A stretch of 64,000 bases of DNA, from NCBI RefSeq assembly GCF_030028105.1, contig NC_092398.1, forward strand, positions 28,490,424 through 28,554,423, written 5' to 3'. How positions within the stretch are numbered: the first letter of the stretch is position 1; the number at the start of each line of letters is the position of its first letter. A program made the translations under genes and the position numbers. Shown piece after piece: positions 38,805 to 51,648 of this stretch. The stretch comes from Mobula birostris (taxonomy: Eukaryota). The notes beneath the pieces were generated by a model, which had not been told where the DNA came from, ran no database searches, and saw only the letters and a list, made by a program, of their open reading frames with translations.

Positions 38805-39749
38805 TAAAAAGATTATTGAGAACATGAGTTGTAGAGACCTTGAAAGTGAGTCCACAGCTTGTGGAATCATTTCAGTGCTGGTATCAGTGAAGCTATCCAC
38901 GTTGATTCAGGAGCTTGATGGTTGAGGGGCAATAACTGTTCCTGAACCTGGTGGTGTGGGACCTGAGGCTCCTGTACCTCCTGCTCAATGGCAGCAGTGA
39001 GAAGAGAGCACGGCCTGGATAGTGGGGTCCTTGATGATGGATGCTGCTGTCTTGTGGTAGCTCTCCTTGTAGACGTGCTCGATTGTGGTAATGGCCTGTT
39101 CCCATGAGGTATAACTCTGTAACCTGATCTTCAACCTGACCTTCTTTTGGAGGCCTGACAGAACTACACCAGCCCCAGGCGGTGCTGGTTTTGCTAGTTC
39201 TACTGGCATTGAGACGCCTTTCCGAGCTGGCACTTGCCACCCGGATGTTGGCAACCACAGTTAAGTTGGATCACAAGCCTCCATCTGGGGCCGTGTGTAC
39301 AAAAATACCTCGTCAACTCTACCTAACTCAGTACCTCACAGGCAAACTCCTCTCCACCACTGGGAATACCTAGAGAAACCACTGCCTCAAAGAGGCAACA
39401 TCCGAGGATCAACTTGAGGCACCATCTACGTTGATATGGATAGGAATTTGCTGTGGTCAGGGTGTGTCATGCAACAGAAAACAACAATGATATCGAATGA
39501 AGAATTATATAAAATATAAATTTTAAGGTTAAAGTATAGATTTGGTATAAAATGTGCATAAATACAGAAATAGCAGCATGTAAACATTTATAAAAAGTGG
39601 TTTAAAATGTTTACAGTGCAGTGATGGAGGTAATAGATAGAGGGGGTGGGGGAGGTACAGTAACTAGAATGGCTGATCAGATTAACTGCCTGGGGGAAGA
39701 AACTTTTAAAATGGCATTAAGTTTTTGTTTTAATAGCCCTCTAGTGCTT

Positions 39750-40056
39750 AAGGCACTAGTGGTTAAGGCTTTCGACTAGCGATCTGAAGGTCGTGAGTTC
39801 GATCCCCAGCTGAGGCAACGTGTTGTGTCCTTGAGCAAGGCACTTAATCACACGTGGCTCTGCGACGACACTGGTGCCAAGCTGTATGGGTCCTAATGCC
39901 CCTCCCTTGGACAACGTCGGTGTCGTGGAGAGGGGAGACTTGCAGCATGGGCAACTGCCGGTCTTCCATACAACCTTGCCCAGACCTGCACCCTGGAGAG
40001 TGAAGACTTTCCAGGTGCAGATCCATGGTCTCGCAAGACTAACGGATGCCTTTACT
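39750..40056 (+). mobile_element. full-length tRNA SINE with RTE-like body, 8-bp TSD TAGTGCTT
   Basis: TSD at 39742-39749 and 40057-40064; same family as 6161-6478 and 63365-63580. Confidence 0.9.
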
Positions 40057-40104
40057 TAGTGCTTTCCAGAAGGGAGTTTTCTGAAAAGACAGTTTGCTGG
40101 GTGG

Positions 40105-40932
40105 TGTTACGTACTCCGTAACTGGGTTGCCTAACCAGCAGAAATGGACCACTTAGTTGGAGTCTGGATTACTGGAACTAAGAAAGTTTTATTAAAGAAA
40201 TAAGTAACACAGTACTCTAATCATAAGGATATAAATGCAACAGGTTAGCAATGATAAAACACACATGTACGTAGAACTAGGATAATAGGAATCAATCAAG
40301 CTCTATCGCAGTCTAGGGGTGAAATGATCAGTCTCATGTTCAGTTCAGCTGAATACAGTTTGCAGTAATCGCTTTGTTGTGCAGTTGTGGAGAGAGAGAG
40401 AGCGAGCGAATGCAAATTTCGAGTCACAGACCTTTGATGTTCCTCGCAGTTAGCTTTCGGCGCGAGCCCTTTTTAATGTCTTCTGAGGTCACTGGCTGTG
40501 ACCCCTCCATTCCGGATACGTTCGTCCTTCCGCGGTGAACCCGGCACCCTGGCAAGGGTGGACAACACATCAGGTTCCCGCCGATCGTACCTTTTCACCC
40601 TTTGCGTCTAGTTGGTCCTGCGAACAGACCTCCAAAACTCCCACCAACTTGTGGGGGCACACTGCACTTCCAGAGTCTTGTTATCTCCTGGTGTCTCGTG
40701 GTGTCTGTCTTGCCTTAGCGAACCTGTTCCTTTTATTCCCCTGCTGGGGTATGGCCTGTCCATCAAACTTCAATCAGCTCAGGTTCAAAGCAACCGGTCT
40801 GACAATACTCGGAACTGTGCCTCTTTTCGTTAATCTCTCTGCTCTCTCATTAACATTTTGAACGTTTCTCTATTTGTCTCTCTTATCTCTCTCATCAGCA
40901 TCAATCTTCTGATAACTTGGTCTTTCATCACA
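40105..40932. mobile_element. solo LTR, 828 bp, TG...CA, 4-bp TSD GTGG
   Basis: Starts tgttacg, ends catcaca; gtgg at 40101-40104 and 40933-40936; interrupts a Rex-type 3' fragment. Confidence 0.85.
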
Positions 40933-42869
40933 GTGGGTAGTGGCCGTAATGATTTTTCCCGCCCACTACTTTGCCCAGGACACATACAAGTCCGGCAGTG
41001 ATAGTAGACTGCAGTCTATAACCTTTTTTTGCAGACCTGACAATTCACTCTCACCATTGTCAAATATCCCCACCATCCGGGCCATGCCATTTTCTGGCTG
41101 CTACCGTGGACAGGAGATTCGGAATCAGATTCAGTCTGATTTATGGATCGCATGTAGATCAAAAGAAGTCACGGTCCTGACTGAACAGTGGCCAAGTTTC
41201 GGTGCTCCAAGTCCCCGGAGTATAGTTGGCTGCCACTGTCCCTGACTCAGACTGCCAATTATTGCGTGCCACATTTCTCTACGGCCTCGTGCTGAGCACT
41301 CTGTGCTCAACCATAGGAGTTCCATTTCTGTGCTTTCGCCTTTGGAGTTTGTTTGTGTCGTCTTGGTTATTTCGAGTCTGTGTCTAAGTCTGAGTCTAAG
41401 TGTATTCTAGACAGCACTCTGCACCTGTGTTCACCACCGTTCATTGCTCTCTTGTTATAGCAACATACAGTGAAGCTCGCCATTTGCATTAACAAACAAC
41501 ACAACCTAAAGACGTGCCTGCGAGGGGCAGCCCGCAAGTGTCGCCACGCATCCTGGCACCAACATCGCGTGGTCTCAACGTTCAGCAGAACAACACAAGC
41601 AATGACGATGACAGCGACGCAAAGCCTTATCCTCTCTTCCACCCACCCACACAGACAGGCCTCCAATCCCAGGACAGGACACCTCTGGTGCATTCGCTAA
41701 CATCAGGCCTCCGACTTCCAGACATGCCAACTCAGGGTGTCAAACATCAGAACGAGACTTTGGGACTCGATGATTTCGGTCTTTGACCTATGAGCTCCCA
41801 TTCTGCGGTATTCACCTTCACGGGACCCCAAACTCCAGGCCTTGAACCCTGGACTCGTACGAGCCTCCGACTGATAGAAGGGGGTGGGAGGGTATAGAAG
41901 TTTGAAGTCCCATGTCATCTGATTCAGGAACAGCACCTTCACTTCAACCACGTGTTCTCAAACCTGCTGACAAAATCCCAATCTCGAGAGTTGAACGAAC
42001 TCTCTCCATTTTGCACTAAAATACACTTTGTTTTGTTCTTATTCTGTTCTCTCTTGTAAAAATAGTATGCGATTTACGTTTTTCTTGTAAATGCTGCTTA
42101 TATGACATTATTTCTTCATTATCTTTCATTTCCTGAGTGTGCATGTGTACTTGTGCAGATGACACCTGTGCATACACAGTTATACTTCATTGTAGATAGC
42201 TCACGATTATTTGCACTATTGTTTTGTTTGCTTTTTGATTCTGTACAGTGAGAGCTCAGGGAAACCGGCATCAAATTCCCTGTATGTGTCCACATACTTG
42301 GCGACAATAGAGGATTCTGATTCAGATGACTGTAAACTGGAATTTGATGTCCCTTTGAGTGCAGATCCAACCTTTCCTCATATATCAAAGTTCAAAGTTA
42401 ATTTAGTTATCGAAGTATGTATATGTCACCATATACTTCCCTGAGATTCATTTTCTTGTGGGCATTCACAGTAGGACAGAGAAATACATTAGAATCAATG
42501 AAAAACTACAGACAAAGACTGACAGACAAACAATCTGCAAAAGAAGACCGACTGTGCAAATACATACAAAAAACAAATAATAATAGATACAAAGAAAACC
42601 TGCAGCACAATACAGGCCCTTCGGCCCACAATGCTGTGCCTAACATGTACTTACTTTAGGTATTACCTAGGGTTAGCCCTCAATTTTTCTAAGCTCCATG
42701 TACCTCCAGGAGCCTCTTAAAAGACCCTATTGTATCTGCCTCCTCCACCATCGCCGGCAGCCCATTCCACGCACTCACCACTCTCTGCGTAAAAAACTTA
42801 CCCCTGACATCTCCTCTGTACCTAATTCCAAGCACCGCAAAACTGTTCCCTCTCGTGCTAGCTGTAATA

Positions 42870-44471
42870 CAGGTCGAGTACCTCTCATCCGAAATTCCAG
42901 TATCTGAAACCTCTGAAATCCGGACTTTTTTGAGCGCTGACATGACGTCACAGATGGAAAATTCCTCGAGGCGCAGGGAAGGTTCCCAGGCAATGCGCAG
43001 GTCTCTGCACACCACAGACAGCTCTGAGAAGTGACCTCACATATGTGATGATCGGAAGTTAATGAAAAATAGAAAACACTGCTTAAAGTGAAAAATGAAG
43101 ATCTCAGATGTGTATTGAAAGAGTGGATTCGTTAGAGAAGTGACCATATGCTGATCATGAATTAAGCAAAAATCTATCACGACGAACTGAAGGTAATTGG
43201 GAATATTCAGCGGCTGCTTGCAGAAATTTAAGAAAAGGCGCAGCATTACATTTTTAAAGATTTAAAGATAAAGTGTCTGCTGATCATGAAGCAGTAGAGA
43301 ATTTCATTGATAGGTTTGCCAAGATCGCCACTGAGGAAAATCTAAAACCAGAACAAGTCTACAATGCTGATTGTATTTACACCATCCATAAAACGTAAAA
43401 TACAGATACAGTGTACTGTAACCCTTTAATCAAAATACAGCATCGTAGGTAGAGACTGAAATCCTGCTTGTTCTTGTTCAACAGATGATTGAGGTATTCT
43501 CCCAATGCTGCTTTAGTAGGCTTCAAGAGTTACATTTAATGTCAGAGAAACGTATACAATATACATCCTGAAATTCTTTTTCTTTGCAAACATCCACGAA
43601 AGCAGAGGAGACCTCAAAGAATAAATGACAGTTAAATGTTACAACACCAAAGCTCCCCCCAGCTCACCCCTCCCATGCACAAGCAGCAGCAAAGCGATGA
43701 CTCCCCCCCCCGTCCTCCACCAGCAAAAGAAGCATCAGCACCCCCCACTGAGCACTCAATCATACAGCAAAGCATCAATAAAGACACAGACTTGCAGTAC
43801 CCCAAAAATTACTCATTCACCTGGTATTGGACATACCACAGGCTCTCTCTCTCCGTAATAAGGGAAAAAGAGGTGTCCCTGTTCACAGCGAGAGGGGAGA
43901 CATGACAAAGCCACTCGCTGATTTATGATGTTGAAAGTCTATTGCGTTGTTTTTTCCGAGCTCTGTGCTGAAAGATCTCAGGTCTCTGGGCACACAGCCT
44001 GCAGCCAGCTCGCTGCTTTCGATCTTCCGAGTACTCCCACGACGCATCAGGTAGCAGCACCGGCTTTTAATCCGCCCGTCTCCGGAGCTACGAGAGCGGG
44101 TCCCATTCCTGCAAAGAACCAAAGTCAGCATGTAACTCCAGGTCAAGGTCTTCAAAAGAACCTTGAAAGGGAAAAAAAGATATATCAAATTTAGAAACAG
44201 AGCTGTTTCTTCTGTTACCCTTCACACATTATACTTTCATTATATTAATATAATGAAGTAATATTAACAGTAATAATTTTCACTGTTGTTCATACGTGTG
44301 ATGAACAAGTAGAAAACAAAGGCTTAATTACCAGTAGCATAGAAATTCAAGATCGGAAATGATGGTGACCCCCAAAGCTATCTCATTATATATATTCCAG
44401 AATCTGAAGCAATCCAACACCTGAAACACTTCCGGGGGCCCAAGCATTTCGAATAAGGGATGCTCAACCTG
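42870..44471 (+). mobile_element. Tigger/pogo-family transposon remnant with TA TSDs and a nested insertion at about 43480-44210
   Basis: TIRs caggtcgagtacctctcatccgaaa / revcomp caggttgagcatcccttattcgaaa (19/25, all C/T differences); transposase remnant KVSADHEAVENFIDRFAKIATEENLKPEQVYNAD. Confidence 0.8.
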
Positions 44472-45819
44472 TAATAAATAAATAGATAAATAAGCACATA
44501 AGTAGACAACCAAACAAATAATACTGAGAACAGGAGTCCTTGAATGAGAGTTCATAGGTTGTGGATCCAGTTCAATGTTGAGTTGAGTGAAGCTATCCAC
44601 ACTGGTTCAGGAGGTTGTCGATTGAAGGGTAATAACTGTTCCTGAACCTGGTGGTGTTAGGTCCTAAGGCTCCCGAACCTCATTCCCAATGGTAGCAGTT
44701 TCATCCCCAGAACCAACTGCTGAGCCGTCTTTGCAAGCAATATTCCTCCTGAAATGCAGAGATTAGAACTGTACACAGTGCAACACATGCAAAATGGTGA
44801 AGGAACTCGGCAAGTTAGTCAGAATCTATTGTGGAAGCAGGCAGCAGGGGATCATGGGTTTGCGCCTCTGGTGGACTGTGTCCTCTCCAGGGCGGGAAGA
44901 TTGGAAGATCTGGCTGTGGCCCGTGCAGCAGCTTCCCCCTCTCCACATCACTGATGTAGTCCAAGGGAAGGGCAAGCACTGATACAGCTTGGCACCAGTG
45001 TCGTCGCAGAAGTTGCCAGAGTGAAGTTGTAAACACCATCAAACTGCCTTTGGGAACCCCGGCTCCAGATCTTTTCCTCGGGGTTTACTCCTGAAGCCTT
45101 TCCCATGGGCGGGTATGGCTGCAAGACAGCAGAGGTTTCAAATCTAGACGGGCTGCTGTCCAAGGCTAACCTGAGTCAGAGCCCATAGGGGAGGATAAAG
45201 AGTCGATGTTTCAGACCCAGACACTTCATCAGGACTGGAAAGGAAAGTGGGGGGTTGGGGGGGGGTGTTATTTGCAGAATCCAGAATAAGAAGGTAAGTG
45301 GAGGGGGAGGAGTACAAGCTGGAAGGTGATAGGTGAGACTAGGTGAGGGGGGTGAAGTAAGAAGCTGGGGAGGTGATAAAGGGCTGAAGAAGACGGAATC
45401 TGATAGGGGAGGATCATGGGATAAAGGGAAGTAGGAGGGGTACCAGGGTAGGTGATGGGTAGGTAAGGAGAAGAGGTAAGGGGGAACCAGATTGAGGAAT
45501 GGAAAAAGAGAACTGAATTGAATTGACTTTATTTCTTACATACTTCACACACATGAGGAGTAAAAATCTTTACGTTGCATCTCCATCTAAGTGTGCATTG
45601 TGCAATCATAGTAATTTATAATAATTTATCATAAATAGATGTAATATAGAGTACACTCAGAGAAGCGTGAGTTCATCAGCTCATGGTCTGGTGGAAGAAG
45701 AGCAGAGGATAGGGGGAAGAAATGACTGAAAGTTAGAGAAATCGATGTTCATGCTCCCAGTTTAAAGGAGATGGCAGGACAAGAATTTAGTAAGACACAA
45801 TGATGGTTGCTTGAAACAA

Positions 45820-45975
45820 GCTGTCATGGGTGGTGATGGGGGTGAGATTTTCTATGGATGGTGATGAGGTGAGGGGTACCATGGGTGGTGATGGGGGTGA
45901 GGGCTGCCATGGGTTGTGATGGGGGTGAGGGGTGCCAAGGTTGGTGATGGAGTGAGGGGTGCCATGGGTGGTGAT
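45820..45975. repeat. G-rich tandem repeat (gggtggtgatggg / ccatggg units)
   Basis: Imperfect units of about 30 bp. Confidence 0.7.
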
Positions 45976-47239
45976 GGAGAGCACTAATGAGGCATTGAAA
46001 CGAGGAGCCTGAATTGGAAATGGAAAAACAGGGGGTGGGGGTGGAATTACCAGAAGTTAGAGAAATTGCTGCTCATGCCACCAGGTTGGAAGCTACCCAA
46101 ATGGAAAATGGGGTATTGCTCCTCTAACCTGAGGGTTTCTCATCGTGGCAGTAGTGGAGGCTGTGGGCGGACATGCCGGAATGGGAATGGGAAGTCGGGA
46201 TGAAATGGGTGATGGGAAATCCTAGCTCCCAGTGACAATCCATTTCAATTCGACTTTGTAATGTCACTGTTTATTCCCCTCCATAGATGTGGCCTGAGCT
46301 GCTGAGATCCACCAGCATTTTTCCATGTGTTGCACTGGATCTCGAGCTTCTGCAGAACCTTGTGTTTGTGCTGTACTCAGTAATCCACGTGTCCTTTAAA
46401 ACTTTCATCCATACACCCCCAATTTCATAATCCTTCACAATAAGGACCAACATTCCAATAGACGTTGCAATTATTTGCCGTACCTGTAAACTAACTTTTT
46501 TAAAAGCTTCACACGCTACACTCAGTATCCATTTTATTAGGTACGTCTGTACACCAGCTCGATAATGCTAATATCTAATCAGCCAATCGTGTGGCAGCAA
46601 CTCAATGCATAAAAGCATGCTGACATGGTCAAGAGGTTCAGTTATTCAGACCGAACATCAGAATGGGGGAAGAAATGTGATCTGTGACTTTGACTGTGGA
46701 ATGATTGCTGGTGCCAGATGGGGTGGTTTGAGTATCTCAGAAACTGCTGATCTCCTGGAATTTTCACGCTCAGCATTCTCTGTTTTACTGAGATTGGTGT
46801 GGAAATCAAAACAAAATGAAAAAAAAAATCCAGTGAGATTTAGTTCTGTGGGCAAAATGAGAAAGGTCAGAGGAGAGTGGCAAGACTGATTCAAGCTGAC
46901 AGTAACTCAACTGTTTTGTGCATAAGTGTATCTCTGAATACACAACACATTGAACCTTAAACTGGATGGGCTACAGCAGCAGAAGACCATGGACATACAC
47001 TCAGTGGCCACTTTACTAGGTACAGGAGGTAACTAATAAAGTGGCCACTGAGTATATTTATCCACCCTCAACAAAACATTGGTTACACCACACTTGGAAT
47101 ATTGTGTTCAGTTCTGGTCGCCTCATTACAGGAAGGATGTGGAAGATTTAGAGAGGGTGCAGAGGAGATTTACCAGGATGCTGCCTTGCCGAGGTAGATT
47201 GGGCGAGCTAGACGTTTTGGAGTTAAGGAGGATGAGACG

Positions 47240-48540
47240 TGACTTGATAGACACAAAATACTCTGCAGATGCTGGGGTCAAAGCAACACTCACAACACGC
47301 TGGAGGAACTCAGCAGGTCGAGCAGCATCCATGGAAATGATCAGTCGACGTTTCGGGCCGGAACCCTTTGTCAGGACTGTAGGGGGAAGGGGCAGAGGCC
47401 CTATAAAGAAGGTTGGGGGAGGGTGGGCAGGAGAAGGCTGGTAGGTTCCAGGTGAAAAACCAGTAAGGGGAAAGATAAAGGGGTGGGGGAAGGGAGGCAG
47501 GGAGGTGATAGGCAGGAAAGGTGAAGAAAGAATAGGGGAAAACACAAAGGGTAGTAGAAGGAGGCGGAACCATGAGGGAGGTGATAGGCAGCTGGGGGAG
47601 GGGGCAGAGTGACATAGGGAAAGGGGAAGGGAGGGGGAGGGAATTACCGGAAGTTGGAGAATTCTATGTTCATTCCAAGGGGCTGGAAACTACCTAGACA
47701 GTATATGAGGTGTTGCTCCTCCAACCTGAGTTTAGCCTCAACATGGTAGCAGAGGAGGCCATGTATGGACATATCTGAATGAGAGTGGGAAGCAGAGTTG
47801 AAGTGGGTGGCTACTGGGAGATCCTGTCTGTTGTGGCGGACGGAGCAGAGGTGCTCAACAAAGTGGTCCCCCAAACTGCGTCGGGTTCCACCGATGTAGA
47901 GGAGGCCACACCAGGAGCACCGGATGCAATAGATGACACCAACAGACTCACGAATGAAGTGTTGCCTCACTTGCAAGGACTGTTTGGGGCCCTGAATGGT
48001 GGCAAGAGAGGATGTGTAGGGACAGGTGTAGCATTTGTGCTTACAGGGATAAGTACCAGGTGGGAGATCTGTGGGGAGGGACGTGTGAACCAGGGAGTCG
48101 CGGAGGGACTGATCCCTGCGGAAGGCGGAGAGGGGTAGAGAAGAAAGATGTGCTTAGTGGTGGGGTCCTGTTGAAGGTGGCGGAAGTTGCAGAGGATAAT
48201 GTGTTGGATTCGGAGGCTGGTGGGGTGGTAGGTGAGGACAAGGGGAACTCTGTTCTGTTGTGGTGACGGGAGGATGGGGTGAGGGCCGAAGTGCGGGAAT
48301 GGAGGAGATGCGGGTGAGGGCATCATTGATGACGGTAGAAGGGAAACCACGATTCTTAAAGAAAGAGGACATTTGAGATGTCCTGGACTGAAAAACCTCA
48401 TCCTCGGAGCAGATGCAGTGGAGACGGAGGAACTGGGAATAGGGAGTGGCATTTTTGCATGTGGTGGGGTGGGAAGAGGTATAGTTGAGATAGTTATGAG
48501 AGTCAGTGGGCTTGTAGAAGATGTCAGTGGACAGTCTGTC
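47240..48540 (-). mobile_element. Penelope-like element, longest copy (RT C-terminus + GIY-YIG + tail), nested in CR1
   Basis: TDIFYKPTDSHNYLNYTSSHP..PYSQFLRL and VIYCIRCSWCGLLYIGGTRRSLGDHFVEH..LEEQHLIYCLG; hammerhead-like motif at 47342-47379. Confidence 0.92.
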
Positions 48541-49055
48541 GAGAGGTGTGCAATGTGATAAGACAGGCTGGAGTTTTCTCCTTAATACAAGGGGGCAAAA
48601 TTTTAAAAGTGATTGGAAGAAAGTATTCTTTACACAGAGTATGATGTGTGTATGGAACACCCTGCCAGGGGTGGTGATAGAGCCAGATACATTTGGGGCA
48701 TTTAAGAGACTCTGAGGCAGGCACATGGATGATTGGAAAATTGGAGGGCTCTGTAGGAGGGAAGGGTTAGATTGCTCTTGGAGTTGGTTCAATGGCCGGC
48801 ACAATCTAGCGGGCTGAAGGGCCTGTACTGTTCTTTGATCGATCCTACGCCACCTGCCAAGTTCCTGTCCACACATTTAACCTGTCAGCGGCACGGCATG
48901 TGGCTGAAGGGGAGCAATGGACGAATTCACAACACAGAACGCGGAGTTTTTAATATTTGCTTGTCGGTGTGTTTGTGTGGTGTCTCTCGCACACAGTTGA
49001 AAGGCAGTTAGTGCGGAGTTCACGGCCGTACAGTGGATCCACAAATCAGAACTGT

Positions 49056-49340
49056 TTTTTTTATATAAGGAAGTGGGTTTACACTTCAACCTTGTTCGCT
49101 GGAGACGGCGAGGCGGTGGGGACTTTCTGTAGCTCCACGGAAGCTTCGCAGCGGAACATGAGCCAGGGACACGATCAATTACAAACGTGGTGATAACTGA
49201 TGAGCGTTGAAATAAGATCGCAGGGGAAGCAACTGATTAATGACGTGCCTGTAATTTCGCAAGGGGATGAAATTTCAAGCGGGGAATTACAGGGGAGCGC
49301 AGCCAAGGAAAACAGAGAGAGCTTCTTAGAGATGAAAGCC
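49056..49340 (-). promoter_or_regulatory. promoter-like non-repeat island: TATA, ETS, kB, CRE-half, C/EBP motifs
   Basis: Minus-strand TATATAAA 49067-49060; AGGAAGT 49068-49074; GGGGACTTTC 49118-49127; TGACGT 49241-49246; TTGCGAAAT (minus) 49262-49254. CpG-rich. Motif matches only, no expression evidence. Confidence 0.45.
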
Positions 49341-49379
49341 ATTTAGTTCATTATAACCTACGCAGGCTCCCTCCGCTCC

Positions 49380-49720
49380 ATCCACACCGTCCCGACAGGC
49401 GCTCCCGGGGTCAGACACAGAGCGAAACTCCCTCCACACCGACCCATCACACACTCCCGGGGTCAGAAACAGAGTGAAGCTCCCTCCGCACCATCCCATC
49501 ACACACTCCCGGGGTCAGACACAGAGTGAAGCTCCCTCCGCACCGTCCCATCACACACTCCCGGGGTCAGACACAGAGTGAAACTCCCTCCACACCGTCC
49601 CATCGCACACACTGGGGTCAGACACAGAGTGAAGCTCCCTCCACACTGTTCTATCACACACTCCCAGGGTCAGACACAGAGTGAAGCTCCTTCTACACCG
49701 TCCCATCACACACTCCCGGG
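49380..49720 (-). repeat. 52-bp minisatellite array, about 6 units
   Basis: Reverse complement of the 11900 unit; further units at about 54635-54690 (+) and 55240-55375 (-). Confidence 0.92.
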
Positions 49721-51049
49721 GCCAGTACAAAGACATCAATCCTATATCCTTCCATAAGGCATAGGAGCAGAAATTGGCCATTCAGCCCATCAAGTCTGTT
49801 CTGCCATTCTATCATGGCTGATTAATTATCCTTCTCAGCCCCATTCTCTTGCCTTCTCCCTGTAAACTCTGAAACTCTTACTAATGAAGAGCCTACCAAC
49901 CTCCACTTTAAATACACCCAATGACTTGACCTCCACAGCCATATGTGCAGTGAATTCCACAGATTCACCTCCTTGAAGAAATTCCTCCTCATCTCTGTTT
50001 AAAGGGACATCCTTGTATTCTGAGGCTCTCCCCTCTGGTCCTAGTCTCCCCCATTATACATAGAAACATAGAAACCCTGCAGCACAATACAGGCCCTTCG
50101 GCCCACAAAGCTGTGCTGAACCTAAGGTTCATTATAGGAAATATTCTCTCCACATCCACTCTGTCGAGGCCTTTCATTATTCAATAGGTTTCAATTCAAT
50201 GTTCCCACTGTGTACTTTCACTCATACACCCATCAAATTCCATCATCACAACCCAAATTTCCTTTGGTACTGAGGAATTCAGTAACCAATTCATATAGTA
50301 TGGTGATTAGTTATCAGGTAATACTATTGAAACAGTTATGGAAGGGTATAAGCAGTCATGACTTTGGGACAAGAGGGTCTTAGTCCATGAGGCTGACTGT
50401 TTATTTCCCTATACAGATGATGCTGAACTTGCTGAGTTCCTCCAGCATTTTGCGTGTTGCCCTGGATTTCCAGCATCTGCAGGATCTAAAAATGAGGAAT
50501 TTTGCAGATGCTGGAAATCCAAAGCAACACGTACAAGTCCTGAAGCAGCATTGATAGAGGGGTTGAATGAACTAGTCCTGGTGAAGGGTCCCGGCCTGAA
50601 ATGTCGACTGTTTCTTCATTTCCAGAGGTGCTGCCTGACCTGCTGAGTTCCTCCAGCAGTTTGTGTGTGTTACCCTCACAGAATCTTTTGTGTTTACGAT
50701 CTCAGCTGGTGAAAGTCCCATTCGTATTTCTGACTAACAAACATCAAACGATGTGAAGCATCCGGGCGTAACGGTTACAGCGTCAGTGATCTGAAGATCG
50801 GGGTTTATTTCCTGTCACAGTCTATATGGAGTTCTCCCTGTGTGTCTCTTCCCATTTCCTCCCATGTTCCAAAGATGTACAGGTTAGGGTTAGTGAGTTA
50901 TGGGCATGGTATATCGGTGCTAGAAGCATAGTGACACTTGAGGGCTTCCCACAGCACAATCCTCACTTATTTGATTCCACGCAAAAACGATGTATTTCTC
51001 TGTATGTTTCAATATACATTGACCTGTATTTGCACCTCTTTCACCTCAG

Positions 51050-51480
51050 ATAGTTGAGAAAGTTTTGTATGGGTCCCCAAATCCTAAGAACTTTCTACAG
51101 GGGCACAATTGAGAGCATCTTGACTGGCTGCATCATTGCCTGGTGTGGGAACTGTACTCCCCTCAGTCGCAGGGTTCTGCAGAGAGTGGTGCGGACAGCC
51201 CAGCGCATCTGTAGTTGTGAACTCCCATAATTCAGGACATTTGCAAAGACAGGTGTATAAAAGGGCCCAAAGGATCGCCAGGGCCCCGAGTCACCCAAAC
51301 TGTTCCAGCTGCTACCAGCTGGGAAATGGTACCGCAGCATAAAAGCCAGGATCAGCAGGCTGCAGGCCAGCTTCTTCCACCGGACCATCAGACTGATGTA
51401 CTCGCGCTGATCTGAGTATATTTCTATGTTATATTGACCATTCTATTTATTATAAGTTATTGTAAATTACTATGATTACA
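51050..51480 (+). mobile_element. Rex1/Babar-type LINE 3' fragment
   Basis: NFYRGTIESILTGCIIAWCGNC..LQRVVRTAQRIC. Confidence 0.8.
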
Positions 51481-51648
51481 CACAGCACATTTAGACAGAG
51501 ACGTAATGTAAAGATTTTTACTCATGTATGTGTAGGGCAAGACAAGACAAGACAAGATGCAAGAAATAAAGTCAATTCAATTCAACATTTCAGCATTATG
51601 TGTGTGTATGTATGTATGTATGTATGTGTATATATATATATGTGTGTA

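Noticed and set aside
39140-39373. Hydrophobic ORF (AVLVLLVLLALRRLSEL) as a TM exon or DIRS recombinase piece
   Set aside because: Hydrophobic run of only about 11 aa, no good donor, and similarity to the recombinase motif too short to support.
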